From positions 74,338,001 through 74,402,000 of the forward strand of contig OX597821.1 of NCBI GenBank assembly GCA_951406725.2: DNA of 64,000 bases, written 5' to 3'. Numbering within the stretch: the first letter of the stretch is position 1; each line of letters begins with the position of its first letter. Both the position numbers and the translations under genes were made by a program. The stretch is from Octopus vulgaris (Eukaryota). Positions 1-14,030 of this stretch are shown one piece after another. The notes beneath the pieces were generated by a model. That model saw only the letters and a list, made by a program, of their open reading frames with translations, ran no database searches and was not told the origin of the DNA.

Positions 1-149
1 CATCGCTGTCTTTGAAAGACAATTCTTATGGGCTATGGATTTGTATCAACCAAGTCCGAAACGCAAATAAAACGGAATGGAGCCACGTCGGAAGAAGAAG
101 TCGTCAACCCGGATTCCCTCATTGTGTCGTTCGGATTAGTAGAAATATT

Positions 150-555
150 TCGCGGCTGTCTGGTAGGAAATTTTCTTCTCAACCACATGGATGCGGGTTC
201 AGTTCCATTGCTTGGCACCTTAGGTATGTGTCTTCTGCTGTAGCCTCGGTTTGACCAAAGCCTTGTGAGTGAATTTCGTAGCCGGAAACAGGAAGAAGCT
301 CGTCATATACACACGCACATATATGTCTTCATTTGTTTGCGTGTGTGTGTTTTTGCGTCTGTGTTTGTCCTCCACCGCTTGACAACCGGTGTTGGTGTAT
401 TTATGTCCCCGTAACTTAGCAGTTCCACAAAAGGGGCCGATAGAATAATTACTAAGTTTAAAAAGTAAGTAGCGGGCTCGATTCGTTCAACTAGCAAGAT
501 CTTGAAGGTGATGCTTCAGCATGGCCACACTCTAATGACTGAAACAAGTAAGAGA
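150..555 (+). mobile_element. tRNA-derived CORE-type SINE (family B) with internal CA/TA microsatellite
   Basis: B-box-like gggttcagttcc, CORE-like 'ggcaccttaggtatgtgtcttct', and tail 'ccccgtaacttagc...catggcc...atgactgaaacaagta'. More than 12 homologous copies occur in the window. Confidence 0.85.
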
Positions 556-1459
556 ATATCACATATTAGATAATCTTATCTACCGTATGGTTAAGAGTTT
601 GTTTTTGTTTTTAACCACGTCTCTTATTTATTTATTCATTTATTTATTTTGGAATTCACGTTATAAGACCCAAAGTCGATTCTATCTTCACTTCTTTTGA
701 AGACAATGTATTTTGGAACCGACTTCATATCTCTCTCGCCAGGGCGAAACTCTAACTCTTGTCTGTATCGATCAATCACTCTGTCTGTCTGTCTCTCTCT
801 TTCTGTGTTTCTCTTTCTCTCTGTGTCTCTGTCTGTCTGTTGGCTGTTTGTCTGTCTCTCTCACATACACATACACACATTTTTATTTATCGCTTTCTGG
901 TACACTCAATGTGGGAAAACGAAAGTTTTCGTGTCTTCACGCGGCACCACACAGCCCCAGTAACTGTATCAGCATTTACCAAAAAACACAAAAGAAAAAT
1001 TGGAAAAGCTGATACTTTATACAGCTTGCCATTTCGAATCTCTATGGAGCTGAATTCTGCTGACATATGATGGATGGGCCAGTTCAGTAACGTGTGACAG
1101 AATCGTCACGCGATGTCTTTCCAAGTTTGGCGACAATGAAACTAGCAAAGATGGATTTAATTATTGCAACTGAAGCCGGTCCGTTGCATCTTGCCTTTGA
1201 TAATTCTTCAGCTAACATCACAGCACTCTTCTGTTTCGATGGAGATGTAAAATGTTACAATACTTAAAAGTAGTTCACATCTGAAGTCCTCGTGGGAGAA
1301 CTACGGTAGGTGAAGAACAGGATTTTGCTTGTTAATAGTTTGCAATATGGAACTTAAAATACTCCAAGGATTAGAACTTAAAATCGTCGAAGGATTAGAA
1401 GGCAGCAATTTTGAGAGGAGGAGTTAGTCAATGCCATCAACTTAGAACAAGATTGTTGT

Positions 1460-1822
1460 GGAGCTGCAATAGCCCAGTGGTTAGGGCAGGGGACTCGCGG
1501 TCGTGGAATTGCGGTTTTGCTTCCCAGACCTGGCGTTGTGAGTGTTTATTGAGCGAAAACACCTAAAGCTTCACGAGGCTCCGACAGGGGCTGGAGGCGA
1601 ACCTTTCTTTACTCCTTCACCATAACTTTCTCTCACTCTTTCTTCCTGTTTTTGTTGTACCTGTATTTCAAAGGGCCAGCCTTGTCACTTGCTGTGTCAC
1701 GCTGAATTTCCATGAGAACTACATTAAGGGTATACGTGACTATGGAGTACTCAGCCACATGCACGTTAATTTCACGAGCAGGCTGTCCCGTTGATCAGAT
1801 CAACTGGAACCGACGGAGTGCC
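1460..1822 (+). mobile_element. tRNA-derived SINE (family C)
   Basis: tRNA-like head 'gcccagtggttagggcagggg actcgcggtcg'; colinear with the copy at 16030-16385. Confidence 0.8.
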
Positions 1823-2359
1823 ACGAATATATGACTGATACTTTATTTTATCGCTCTCGGTAGAATGAAAGACAAAGTTGATCTCGGTTGAACTTGAGCT
1901 CAGAATGTGAACAGCCGAACTAAACAATGCAAAGCATATCATCCGACGCTTTAACGAGTGTGATCGAATGGCTTTTGGCTCGTGGATTTTGATTGCCATC
2001 TAATCGATAATCAGTGTTAATTGTTGATAATCAACGAAATAATGTGAACATAGGTAAACATCTGATGTTGGTATTTAAGGATGTCACTACTCATACGTCT
2101 AGAAACAACAGCAGGACAGCAGAATGATGAAGTTGGCTTCTTTATCCAGTGCGTTGTAGAATATAGATTATATATTGTTATTGTTTATCAATGTTTTTTT
2201 TTTATTGTTGATATCCGGATTATCTTTCCGGAGTATGTGCGACGTGAACCTTTTTGCTTCGTAGCCTACCAATTAATAATGATTTCAAATTTTGTCATAA
2301 TGGCAACCTTTTTGAGGGAAGCGATGTGTCGATTACATAGACGTCAACGTTTTATTGGT

Positions 2360-2742
2360 AAGGTGGCGAACTGGCAGAACCGTTAGAACGCCGGCCGAAA
2401 CGCGTAGCCGTATTTCGTCTGCCGTTACGTTCTGGGTTCAAATTCCGCCCAGGTCGACTTTGCCTTTCATCCTTTCGGGGTCGATAAATTAAGTACCAGT
2501 TACGCACTGGGATCGATGTAATCGACTTAATCCCTTTGACTGTCCTTGTTTGTCCCCTCTGTGTTTAGCCCCTTGTGGGTAGTAAAGAAATAAATGTTTT
2601 ATTGGTACTTAATTTATCGACCCCGAAAGGATGAAAGGTAAAGTCGACCTCGGAGGAATTTGAACTCAGAACGTAGCGACGGGCGAAATACCGCTAAGCA
2701 TTTCGTCCAGTGTGCTAACAATTCTGCAGGCTCACCGCCTTA
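2360..2742. mobile_element. Two tail-to-tail copies of tRNA-derived SINE family A (+ 2360-2592, - 2600-2742)
   Basis: Head 'ggcgaactggcagaaccgttag...gggttcaaattcc' and core 'gtcgactttgcctttcatcctttcggggtcgataaattaagtaccag' (Nin/Deu-like domain), followed by its reverse complement. Confidence 0.85.
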
Positions 2743-3099
2743 GAATGCTGAATAATAATAAAAAAAGAAAGTTGCAGAATTTAACACAATGCTCTTAATC
2801 TTTCATTTTTAAGTCAACTGCATACTGCAACATTTAGTTAACACATAAAGCGCGACGGGCCACGATCGTGGCCGCCAAGCAAAGGTCGACAGGCCACGAT
2901 AGTGGCCCAGATAGATGCATTTAATTTATGAGCGTTTGTTGGGGTCTAATGTCACTCAAACGATCTGATACCCACCAGAATGTAAGAGGACTAATAGCTC
3001 AAACTAATGACTTTTCAGATTATGTAAAATTTGCCCCATTATATACTTAGAAGATATTTTAACTATTTTCTTTGACGACCAAAGCGTAGGAAATGAAAA

Positions 3100-3385
3100 T
3101 AGGTCGACGAAAACAGTTGAAGCGTGTTAGAGAGACAATTTGCATTCTAAGAAGTATGTAGGTGAACAGATATGGATGGGTTGAACCCATTGCGTGACTG
3201 AAGGCCAACAGAACAATCAAGGTGACGGAATGAGTTCCCAGACAATGGACAAGATCAAGTGGTCGATCAAAGACAAGATGGTGAGATGATCTCGCTCGCT
3301 AACTGGGGCCACGACTGGCTAGGGGAAGACAGCGGTAGGAGGAGTCCAAGGCGAGGTTCCTTCTTCATGGAGCGACGAAGACTTG
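3100..3385 (+). mobile_element. Degenerate 3' end of an RTE-type LINE
   Basis: Broken frames resemble the RTE C-terminal W.GH...R.....EW.P..R..GR...RW.DD pattern. Confidence 0.4.
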
Positions 3386-3959
3386 GATATTGATTATTGA
3401 ATTGTAAAGAAAGTCATTGCACAGACGTTGTGTGGTATGAAGAACATAGCAGAACATGTTCTCAATTGTTGTCTACCTTGGAGTATAACTGAATGTGCTT
3501 TCGTGTGTGTGTGCCTTCATACACAGCCGTCTGGGACTTGGAAACATTTACTGAATTCCACTGTTTTTCATGCAATTGGGACAGAATCCAATATGACGAT
3601 ATATTACTCCTCCTTGAATAAAAAACCTTGGAAAGGACCACAAGCGCCATTTTTCCTCTTCCGACAAAAGAAGAAAAATTACGTAGAAGACAAATGATTT
3701 CATAAGAAAGAATTAGTTATCCCTCTTAATTTGTTTATAGATGTTGTCTAATAGTGTTCATCGTTTCGTGCCAGTTACGTTTGTAATAACATAAATTGTG
3801 GAGGAATGCGTAACACATGCATCCGGAGTCAATCCCACAGCGTGGCAACTTGGATGGATGTTTTTTTACTATAGCCCCGGGCGGCCCACAGTCTTGTGAG
3901 TGGATTTGACTGACAGAAACAAGCTCGTCATATGTATATATTTAGAGTAAATATTCCCC

Positions 3960-4148
3960 CCTCAAACGAAGAAGAAACACAAGAAAAAAAAACAAAAACG
4001 TGAGGACGTGGTACATGTAAAGTATTAACAGACGCTCAACGTTTCGAGCAAAGCTCTTCGTCAGAAACAGGAATCAGAGGAAAGTCCAAAACAAAAAACG
4101 AAGACGGAGGAGAAACATTTCCAACGATTCATATATGGTTACATTGTG
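3960..4148 (-). mobile_element. Hammerhead-containing mini-element (family H2), nested in a SINE-B microsatellite
   Basis: Minus strand reads tttCTGACGAa-gagc-ttt-gctc-GAAAcgtt (about 4036-4068). Homologous to 27095-27290 and 59490-59695. Confidence 0.65.
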
Positions 4149-4619
4149 CGTGTGTGAGTGCAAGTGTGCGTGTGCATATGTTTGTGCTTGAGCGTGAGTG
4201 TGTGTGTGCGTGTTTGTCTGCCACCACCGCTTCACAGCCGGTGTTAGTTTGTTTACGTCCTCGTAACTTTAGTAGTTCGGCATGAGAGACCGATAGGATG
4301 AGTGCCAGGCTTGGGGTTTTGTAAGAAATGTCTTTTTACAATCTTACAGAAAAATATAAACAACAAAACACAGGGTTGAATTATAATGGGAATGTGTTTA
4401 TGGCCTTCCATAGAGTTGGAAAAATATCAGAATTAATGAGAATTAATGAGCGTCCTGTGAAATTTAATGAGACGTGTTTTGTAGGTAACTTCGTTTTCGT
4501 GTTTACCATGCAGAGACACGGCTGTACAAAGCCACACCTTGGCTATCAGGTTCCTTACTTACTTATTAATGTCACCTTGTACACAACCAAGAAATTGCCA
4601 TTAACTCTCCTGGTGTTTA

Positions 4620-4844
4620 TATCTTCATCCTCTTCTTACTTCTCCCGTTCCCTCTTCCTTATCATCGTAGTCGTCGTTGTCGTTCTCGTGCTCGTCGTCA
4701 TCACCATCGCCATCATCATTATCACCACCATCACCACCACCACCACCACCACTACTATCATCATCATCATCATCGTCGTCATCGTCGTCGTCATCATCCT
4801 CATCATCATCATCATCATCCTCATAATCATCATCATTATCATCG

Positions 4845-4909
<65 letters not shown>

Positions 4910-4930
4910 GTCTTCACCATTATTGTCATC
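4620..4930. repeat. Degenerate (ATC)n/(ACC)n trinucleotide array
   Basis: Seen directly; it produces the poly-I/poly-D/poly-M ORF artefacts. Confidence 0.95.
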
Positions 4931-5250
4931 GAATTCGATCAATTTGCTTCGACGTGCGGCAAAATGCCTGCAGTGTTTCATCAAGGCATTTTCACTTTCC
5001 GGGTTGAATTCTGATCATTGTCGTTGTTATGGCGGTCAGTTGGCAGAATCGTTGACACGCTGGACAAAATACTAAGCAGCATTCCATCCGTCTTCAAGTT
5101 CTGAGCTCAAATTCCTCCAGGATCGACTTTGCCTTTCATCCTTTCGGAGTCGATAAGTAAAGAGCCAGTTGAGCACTGGGGGTCAGGGCACTCGACTAGT
5201 CTCCTTCTCCAAAATGTCAGACATTTTGTCTATAGGAGGAAGTTTTATAG

Positions 5251-5298
<48 letters not shown>

Positions 5299-5507
5299 TT
5301 GGACTTGCTTTATTAACATTCCAAGTGTCTCCAGGCAATCTTCAACCTCACGATTGCTCGATGACTTTATGCGCGTTAGCAAAACCTGCCTAGAAAATAT
5401 ATCTAATGTATAAAACTGTTAGTAACTCATAATTATATACTCTGTACATTAAACAATATTTATCTCTCACTGGATGGCGTATTTTTTCGTTGATATCAAC
5501 TGCAAAG

Positions 5508-5577
<70 letters not shown>

Positions 5578-5581
<4 letters not shown>

Positions 5582-5900
5582 TAAGTAGTTGCTTACCAAC
5601 CACATGTTTCCAGGTTCAGTCCCGCTGCGTGGCACCTTGGGCAAGTGTCTTCTACTATAGCTTCGGGTCGACCAAAGCCTTGTGAGTAGATTTGGTAGAC
5701 GGAAACTAAAAGAAACCCGTCGTATATATGTATATGTATATATATGTGTCCCCGTAACTTAGCGGTTTGGCAAAAGAGACCGATAGAATAAGTACTAGGT
5801 TTACAAAGAATAAGTCCTTAGGTAGATTTACTCAAATAAAGGCAGTGCTCCGGCATGGCCACAGTCAAATGACTGAAACAGGTAAAAAAGTAAAAGAATA
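5578..5900 (+). mobile_element. SINE family B copy
   Basis: 'ggttcagtcccgctgcgtggcaccttgggcaagtgtcttctactatagc' plus the family tail. Confidence 0.85.
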
Positions 5901-6560
5901 TGTATATATATATTTATTTATATATGAAGAGAAAGCAATCAATGCCTGTAACTTTATTCGTTCCACGCCAATCGGCTTACTGCATCAGTTTTGAAAGTTT
6001 TTCCTCACATACAGTCCTTCGCAAGAGAAACGAACACGCATGCACACACATACATGGGCATAAAACATATTGGGTACAAGAGCATTCTTGAAGTCGTGCA
6101 ACGGTGGACGAATATCAGATACCAACATTATGAATATGGAAATGTGCTAAAATTATCATTATGGAAATGCATAGCAATTAGAAAAATTTCTAAATGCAAA
6201 CATCCTGGAGTACAGAAATGCTATAACGAAAAATTACGAAATTGTAAATACGAAAAACATAGAAATATTAGAATATAAATACAAATGCGATGTGTTTATT
6301 ATGAGGACAAAAAAATATAGGATGCAGAAATACAAAATCCATAAATATGAATGTTACAAATTTACAAAAGTTTAAGGGTAAGAAATCCAGAATTCAAAAT
6401 GATATCAAATCCGTATTACTGGGAGAATATGGCAGGATTAAATCGTAGAGAAATACAAGAAAGAAATTATAAGATATATTTGGGAAACGAACGTGCATAG
6501 ACGAGAAATGTGCTATAATGTGTGTGCAAACGGGATGCAAGCCAAACGATGTTTATATGG

Positions 6561-7166
6561 AACTAGCAGCTAAGCCCGATGTCACCCGGTCGGCTTGGAT
6601 GATGTGGCTGTAAAACCTGCTCTGCGTAAGCATTCGACTTGTTTGGGCACGCTTACGTTAAAATACAATTTTAGAATGACTTTTTTCTGTCAAAACGCTA
6701 AAAATAACTGACCAACAAAAATAAACCAACCATGATTCAACTAAATCAAACAATAAACCCAAATACTAAGCGAACAAAGATGAACCATCCCAATTCCATT
6801 GCACGCGCGCACACACATTCACATGCCCCCCCCCCCTTTACATGCACACACATATTCACAGAGTTGAAACGCTGTTTGATTTATATTTTTCAGCGTACAA
6901 TTTTCATCATCCCACTACCAAGTATGACATCACCCCTTCCTTTCTTATTCATCTATCACTCCTTCCTTTCTCATTCCTAAACACAAGAGTATTATTATAG
7001 TAGAGTATTTCAGTAATCATGGTGGCTATGAAAAAAATACAAAACCCAGCATCACCACCGGATCATTCTACACATCTGTGTAATTTTTCGCGCAATTCCA
7101 CCCAACTGTTTGACTGTGAATCCCAAGACATGAAAGAATAGCCCATATCAAATTTATATGTATAAA
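6561..7166 (+). mobile_element. Putative non-autonomous Helentron/Helitron2-type element
   Basis: Starts 'aactagcag...cccg...cccgg' and ends 'tttatatgtataaat'. Termini are similar to 36829-37222. Confidence 0.4.
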
Positions 7167-8291
7167 TAAATTTCGTTTGACTCAAATGTCAGGTGTGGTT
7201 TTTCTGTTCACACTTTCAATGTAGATTTGCTGCCTCAGCTCAATTCTCACAGTTGTCTCCTTTGGCATTCACGCTTCTAGTGACCTCTTCCAGTCATTTT
7301 AGCATTCCGTGGCCGTGTAATTGAGACATGCTTGTTCATTTCTCTCTCCATTTTTATCCCTCCTCGTCCATTGTTTCTGTAGAAGAGCGTATGTAAACGT
7401 GTGTGTGCATGTGAGTGTGTATACATGTACGTTGCGTGTGTGTGTACTAGAGAGAAAATGTGATGACAGTTTTATGTCTTTCTGCTGCCAAAAGTTTTGG
7501 TTCCCTTATCCCACTGAATCAACCTCAAAGAAACGTTTCCTAGCACTCGTTCACAGCAAGTTATGGTTGTAAGCTAATTAAGAAATAATTAAGTTGTTTT
7601 GACCTCTTTACGCCTCGCATGCTCGTTATATTTCTGATTTCTCAATGAATTCGAATGTTCTTTTTTAAAATATCACTTCTTCGTGTTGTCTGTAGGATAG
7701 GTTGTCATGAATGTTTTACCTTGCGTGTTTAAACCGTTTAAAAAATTTCCACCCAGCCGGAGCATTTAAAGTATGATGCCATGTATTAATACATCAGTAA
7801 AATGTTATTGAAATGTTATTGAAACAGCTGTAGTAAAATTTCAACCATATATGAGCTCTTCTTCACACACACACAAAGACAAACTCACACACATACACTC
7901 ACGCACACACACATGTACCTCTGTGTATGTGTGTGTGTGTGTATACACAACACCAACACATACACTCATGCACAGACACATATATGTTCGGTGTTTATAT
8001 GCAAGTATATATGCACATATGTGTGTATATATAGAATTATTATGAAACCTGTTTTGCTAATTTGAAATTAAAATTAAAATATTTTACAATTTTAGTTCTA
8101 GATATGATGGAATTGCTCTGTAAAAAGCATTTTGCAGTTGGATTCTTGTATTTTATTTTCGTTTATCAACAAATTTATTATTATTCTTCATTAATTGTTT
8201 CAATAATACGTAATTGTTTACAATTAGTATAATGGTGGTATCAATCTACACCAACCCACCCACATACACGCACACACACGCGCACGCACAT

Positions 8292-8384
<93 letters not shown>

Positions 8385-8754
8385 CCCCCCACCAAGAAGG
8401 ATGAGAAGCAGAATGTACATCGGACGCCATTTTAACTCAGAATGCAAAGAGCCGGACGAAATTCTACAAGGTATTTTGCACCACGACTTCCTCGCGATTC
8501 TCTTAATTTACGCCCCTCTCTCCATGTTCTCTTCGTTCCGCTCCGTCTCACTTTGTTTCCTTCACTGAATATATATGTGTTTGTGTGTGTATGTGTATGT
8601 GCGCATGTGCTCGCTTATAATAACATGTAAACTGTGCATAAATTTCGTAGTCCGAGTTACGTATAATGCAACGATATAATAAAGAATGGTGCATTTTGGT
8701 GAAGCATATACAAATACAACATTTTTCATAAAGCATACGCAATAAGCGTATAAA

Positions 8755-9106
8755 CCTATAAACATACACACACACATGTACACATATATACATACGTACA
8801 CACACATGTAAACATACTTACATACACACACATATATACATACGTACACACGTACGTACACACACATGTATACATACATACATACATACATACATACATA
8901 CATACTGACATATATACATACATACATATATACATACATACATACATACTGACATACCTACTTACATTCATACATACATGCAAGCATACATACATACATA
9001 CATACATACATACATACATACATACATACTGACATACCTACTTACATTCATACATACTGACATACCTACATACATACATACATACATACATACATACATA
9101 CATACA

Positions 9107-9139
<33 letters not shown>

Positions 9140-9140
9140 G
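8755..9140. repeat. (ACAT)n tetranucleotide array
   Basis: Seen directly. Confidence 0.95.
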
Positions 9141-9659
9141 CGACAATAGACGAAAGGGAAAAAATAGAAAATGGAATTAATAAAAGTAAAACTGATCGCA
9201 TTAGAACACTACTGCAACAGAATTTATGAGATGGTTCTGTGAACTGTCGATATGTTTTTTGTGATCGATGTATATAAATATATTTTGATGATCGATGTAT
9301 ATAAATCCAAGGATTTATCCTGTCTGTAAAAGAGTGTCTGAAAAGATACTCGCCTTGGTGGCGACACTTTGAGAACAGATCAAACAATTTATTGAACGGT
9401 ATGAGATAATCTTTCAGGTTTTTAATTTTATCGGCTGGGTAGATTTGACATCGGTTGAGTTTGTTAGTGTACGGTGCAGCAATTTTAATGACTGGTAGTC
9501 TTGTTTAAGCGTTTCCTTTTCTTTTTTAACATTTAGGCTCCAGATACATTTAGACAATAAAGTAGACTTTCTATTATCCTGGACACCAAAGAAAGATTAT
9601 GTGCTACGTATAACTGTTTTCAAATGAGTTGGTTGTCAGACATATTGTTCATGGTTTAT

Positions 9660-10131
9660 TTCACCAAGATAGACGAAAGATGGAAGGAATACTGGGAGCT
9701 GGCCACGGATTTGGAAAGACTAGTAATATTTCCATTAAAAAAAAACGACAAAAAGACCAGATTTAGTCCTATGGGACAGAGAACGGGGAAGAGAAATTTT
9801 GCTAGAACTGACAGTGTCATGGGAAGAGAACATCGGCAATGCAGAGAAACGAAAGGAGAAGTGGTACGAAAAACTCATCGAAGAGTGCAGAGAACAGGGA
9901 TGGAATGTCGAGTATTACCACCTGGCAGTGGGGGTTAGGGGCTTCATTGAAATAAAAATGATAACGCTATTCAAAAGAAGATTTTTTGTTTCTAGCTCGG
10001 AGCTGAGAAAACTAATAAGGAGAGTACAGGAGGCGGTCGAAAAAGCCAGCTTCTATATATGGCTGAAACGGGAAGACCAAAAATGGTTTGAAAGTCATAA
10101 CATGCCGGCGGGAAATAACATAACTAGGTGA
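9660..10131 (+). pseudogene. RLE endonuclease fragment of a non-LTR retrotransposon (HERO-like)
   Basis: RPDLV..LELTVSWEE..EKRK..Y..L...GW....VGVRGF...AVEKAS..IWLKRE. Frameshifted and 5'-truncated. Confidence 0.75.
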
Positions 10132-10479
10132 GACAAGATGACACTGAATTAGCTTCGTTGCAAGGAAAAAGGAACAGACGTAAAATTTAAAGAAAAAGAA
10201 AGATTCAGGAGTGTTGAAATGCTTTCTTGTGACTGTTTTTGCTTTATATTTGTACAATTTATTATGTTAATGCAGCCAGATTTTCAGTGCAACAATAGCT
10301 AACCTTTACCTTATGTTTATTACAAATTTTGTGGGTTCTATGTAACTTCTTATGTAAGTTCTTATGTATTAAAGTTAACATGTTTTACTTAACCTGGCTG
10401 GTCGTTTAAACTGTTTGTATTTGATTTTGTCGTCTACACCGTATAGTAGGGGCAGTTGCGCACCATCTGTGAGAAAAAC

Positions 10480-11069
10480 ATGATGCAATTCACTTTGCCA
10501 CAAATTTGGAAACGCCATGCTGTACTGCTTGGCATTCGCGATGGAAGCTCCAGTACGAACCATTGCAGAGTATTTGAGTGTTAATCTGAGGACATGTACC
10601 GAGAGTGATAGAAGTCGAACGTTCAGTCAACATCACGCTGCATAGAATGATCACAAGGGATGGCGACGTTATGCCTAAATTCATCTTCCCACATAGCCTC
10701 ACACTCAAGGCGGAGGCCTACATCAAGTGCCTGGAGGAGGTAGTGCTGCCTGGGTGAACGGTGGCTACTGAAAGATCCTTTATCTGGCAACAGGATCTGC
10801 ACCATGTCACACAAGCAGACAATTTCTGTGACCACATCACCCCTAATATCTGGCCATCTAACTCCCCAGACTGCAACCCCCTTGATTATGTGTGGGGCGC
10901 AGTTGAGTCAGAGACCAACAAAACTCCTTGTAACATCAAAGATTAGCTAAAGGCAAGAATTATGGCAGCATTCACCAACTTAAACAAGGAGACCGTCCTG
11001 AAGAATTGCAGGGGTTTCCGAAGTCGTCTGGAGACCATGGTTGAAGCTAATAGCGATTTTATTGAATAA
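10480..11069 (+). pseudogene. Tc1/mariner-superfamily transposase relic (C-terminal DDD/E region)
   Basis: GDVMPKFIF...AYIKCLEEVVLP, WQQD..P.H, WPSNSPDCNPLDY.VWG, ...RLETMVEANSDFIE*. Contains frameshifts and stops. Confidence 0.85.
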
Positions 11070-11299
11070 ATTTAGTCTTTAGAATTTCAAAATATTTTGA
11101 TGTAATTTTGGTAAATTTGTCTGTTAAAAATGAGATGTCAGTGTTATTTTCACCTTTTGCGTATTTTAGACGACAGTCTATTCATCACACCCTGAGTTGT
11201 ACGGATAGTACCCCACTAATTCTGGTGTTTCAACTTAAGTATCTAATTCAACTGAATCTCATTTTATTTTCTCTATACATACATACATACATACATACA

Positions 11300-11374
<75 letters not shown>

Positions 11375-11394
11375 GTCTGTGTGGGACAACACAG

Positions 11395-11832
11395 ACACGT
11401 ACGGACACACACACATATATATGTATATACGACAAGCTTCGTTCAGTTTCCCTTTACCAAATCCACTCATAAAGGCTTTGGTCAACCCGAGGCTATAGTT
11501 AAAGCCACTTGACCAAGGTGCTACGTAGTGGGACTGAACCCAGGATTGTGTGGTTGGGAAGTAAGCCCCTTACTAATCAGTCACGCATGCGCGCCTGATA
11601 TATACACTTTTACTCTTTTTACTCTTTAAGTGTTTCAGTCATTTGACTGTGGCCATGCTGGAGCACCGCCTTTAGTCGAGCAAACCGACCCCAGGACTTA
11701 TTCTTTATAAGCCTAGTACTTATACTATCGACTCTTTTGCCGAACCACCAAGTTATGGGGACGTAAACACACCAGCATCGGTTGTCAAGCGATGTTGGGG
11801 GAACAAACACAGACACACAGACAGACAGACAG

Positions 11833-11863
<31 letters not shown>

Positions 11864-11900
11864 TATATATACATACATATATACGACGGGCTTCTTTCAG
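11395..11900 (-). mobile_element. Two SINE family B segments
   Basis: Reverse complement of the family B head and tail. Confidence 0.8.
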
Positions 11901-12722
11901 TATCCTGAATTTGATGAGGGTCTAACAGTGACTAGGTGTTCGCGAATTGAAGCTTTTTTTTCTGCCTCCATATATGAGGAATTCTTTGAGAAATCAATTT
12001 GTTTTTCACGGCGAAAATTAGTTGTGGGTTTATTAAAAAAGTACAACTGAAATTTCAGGTTGTTAAAACGAAAGTGCACAATTAATAAATTAATTATTCC
12101 AATTTTATCATCGCAGGAACTCTTATGTAAATTAGTCATTCGAATGCAGCCCAATCCCCAACCACCCCCGAGCTGGCAGAATAGAAATAGCTGTGCCTAA
12201 TATTAGTTTCCGTGACAAGATAGACGTACTCTTTCTCTGCAGGCCTCAAAAGATGAGAAACTAGTGAAAGGGATTTATTTTCAGCCCATGGAAAGTTATG
12301 ACGTGATCAGTCTTCGAATTTCGTATAGTCTCTCTCAGACAGCACTTGCGTACGAACAGCAAAAACAAATACATCAAAATAGAGTTGAGACGAGAAGACG
12401 ATAATATTCTAAGTGTCCGCATTGAGCATTGAAGGAAGCACTTTTTTCAGAAGCACAAATCCCGAAATTTTGGGGGTTGGGCCACTGATACAAGTACGTA
12501 GCTAGTACTTAAACAACCGGACTACCATACCTCGAAGAAGACCAGCAGGCGAAACAATCATGATCCTAACAAGAAGACCATATATGGGTATGTTGCTTGA
12601 AGACTTGAAGAAGACAGTTATATTCTTTTCTAGCCTAGGCACAAAGCCCGAAATTTTGGGGGATGGGCCAGTCGATAAGATCGATCTCAGTATGTAGCTG
12701 GTACTTAATTTATCGACCCCGA

Positions 12723-12777
<55 letters not shown>

Positions 12778-12810
12778 ATTTATATATTTATATATATATA
12801 TATATATATA

Positions 12811-12848
<38 letters not shown>

Positions 12849-13659
12849 CTGTGAGGAGGAAGAGGTGAAGGGAGAAGGAGAGAGAGAGAGAGGGGGGGGC
12901 AAGTGGGATAATTGCTGTATTTATATTTCTTGTCGTTTAGCCCAAGGACATTACTGATGAAGCCGCAGGTCTGTGAATTATGATAAGCCAACCGTAACGA
13001 TCTCGTATATTTTGTAATATAGTTTAATGTTTTTTACAAGTGTTCGAGTATTTGCCTACTATTTCTAGCAAGAGAAATGGCTGGGTAGTGTCTATATACC
13101 CGGCAACTCTCTTATCTCTACGTATATCTGTCTATGCTTATATCTCATTTCTCAGCCTGTTTCGCCAATATCAAACTGTGATATCTGCCGTTATCAGTTC
13201 AACATCTGATGTGTGCCTAATATGGGAAATTCATTATGACACCGACATTTTATCATCATCGAATTTCTGGTGATGGTGGTGGCCTTGGTGGTGATGATGG
13301 TTGTGGTGGTAGTAGTGTAGGTTTTAAAAGATTGTTGTGTGAATTTGGTTTCGTTGGCGACGGTGGTATCTGTAATGGTTGCAGTGGTGGACGTGACAGT
13401 TGTAGTGGTGGTAGTTTTCGTTATGTGAGTGTGGCGATATGGATGATGTTTGCTGTGTTGGTAACCATTTACTGTTGGCAGTGGTGGCCATGTGATTATA
13501 TTGGTGCCGGTGGTGTTGACGATGATGATGGTAGAAGACTTTATGCTGTTGTTTAATCCCAGGTCAGCCCTGATTCACCACATCCATAATGAGAGATATG
13601 GATGTCGCGACCTCCTTGTTTTTTTCGAGTATTGTATTTCTGGAATAACAGTATATAAT

Positions 13660-13814
13660 AACGTAAGGGGTATTAGCCATCTGAATGTGGCTAGCCACTG
13701 GGGTGGGTGGAGTGTTACTGATGCTTTTAGCCCCAGGCGATCACCTGAGGCTAAAAGCATCAGTAACACCCCCCAGTGGCTAGCCACATTCAGATGGCTA
13801 ATACCCCTTACGTT
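13660..13814. repeat. 155 bp near-perfect fold-back palindrome
   Basis: 'aacgtaaggggtattagccatctgaatgtggctagccactgggg..gttactgatgcttttagcc' is mirrored by its reverse complement around 'caggcgatcacctg'. Confidence 0.95.
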
Positions 13815-13985
13815 GTCGAGCGGTTACTGTTTATATCTCGTTCAGAGATTTATTATTATATAATAAATAAATCATAAATGAACTGGCGACGACTGTTCTC
13901 TATGAGGTACAAATTCTTCCATAGTATGGCAATTCATTCTCCGGACATTTTGGAAAACCGTAGGAAAAGAGAATACGACTACACT

Positions 13986-14030
<45 letters not shown>

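Noticed and set aside
1030-1285. Coding-looking unique segment on the minus strand
   Set aside because: Only ~55-60 open codons, with no recognisable motif or convincing splice sites.
4328-5014. 228 aa ORF and overlapping poly-D/poly-M ORFs
   Set aside because: Open only because of the (ATC)n array; no domain.
12528-12990. Weak hammerhead-like strings (12530-12560, 12955-12980; also 21072-21110, 47340-47368, 57253-57284, 60690-60700)
   Set aside because: Core or stems are too decayed or incomplete to call; possibly old PLE tails.
13575-13863. Overlapping ORFs on both strands sharing PQWLATFRWLIPLTL
   Set aside because: A consequence of the DNA palindrome, not evidence of coding.
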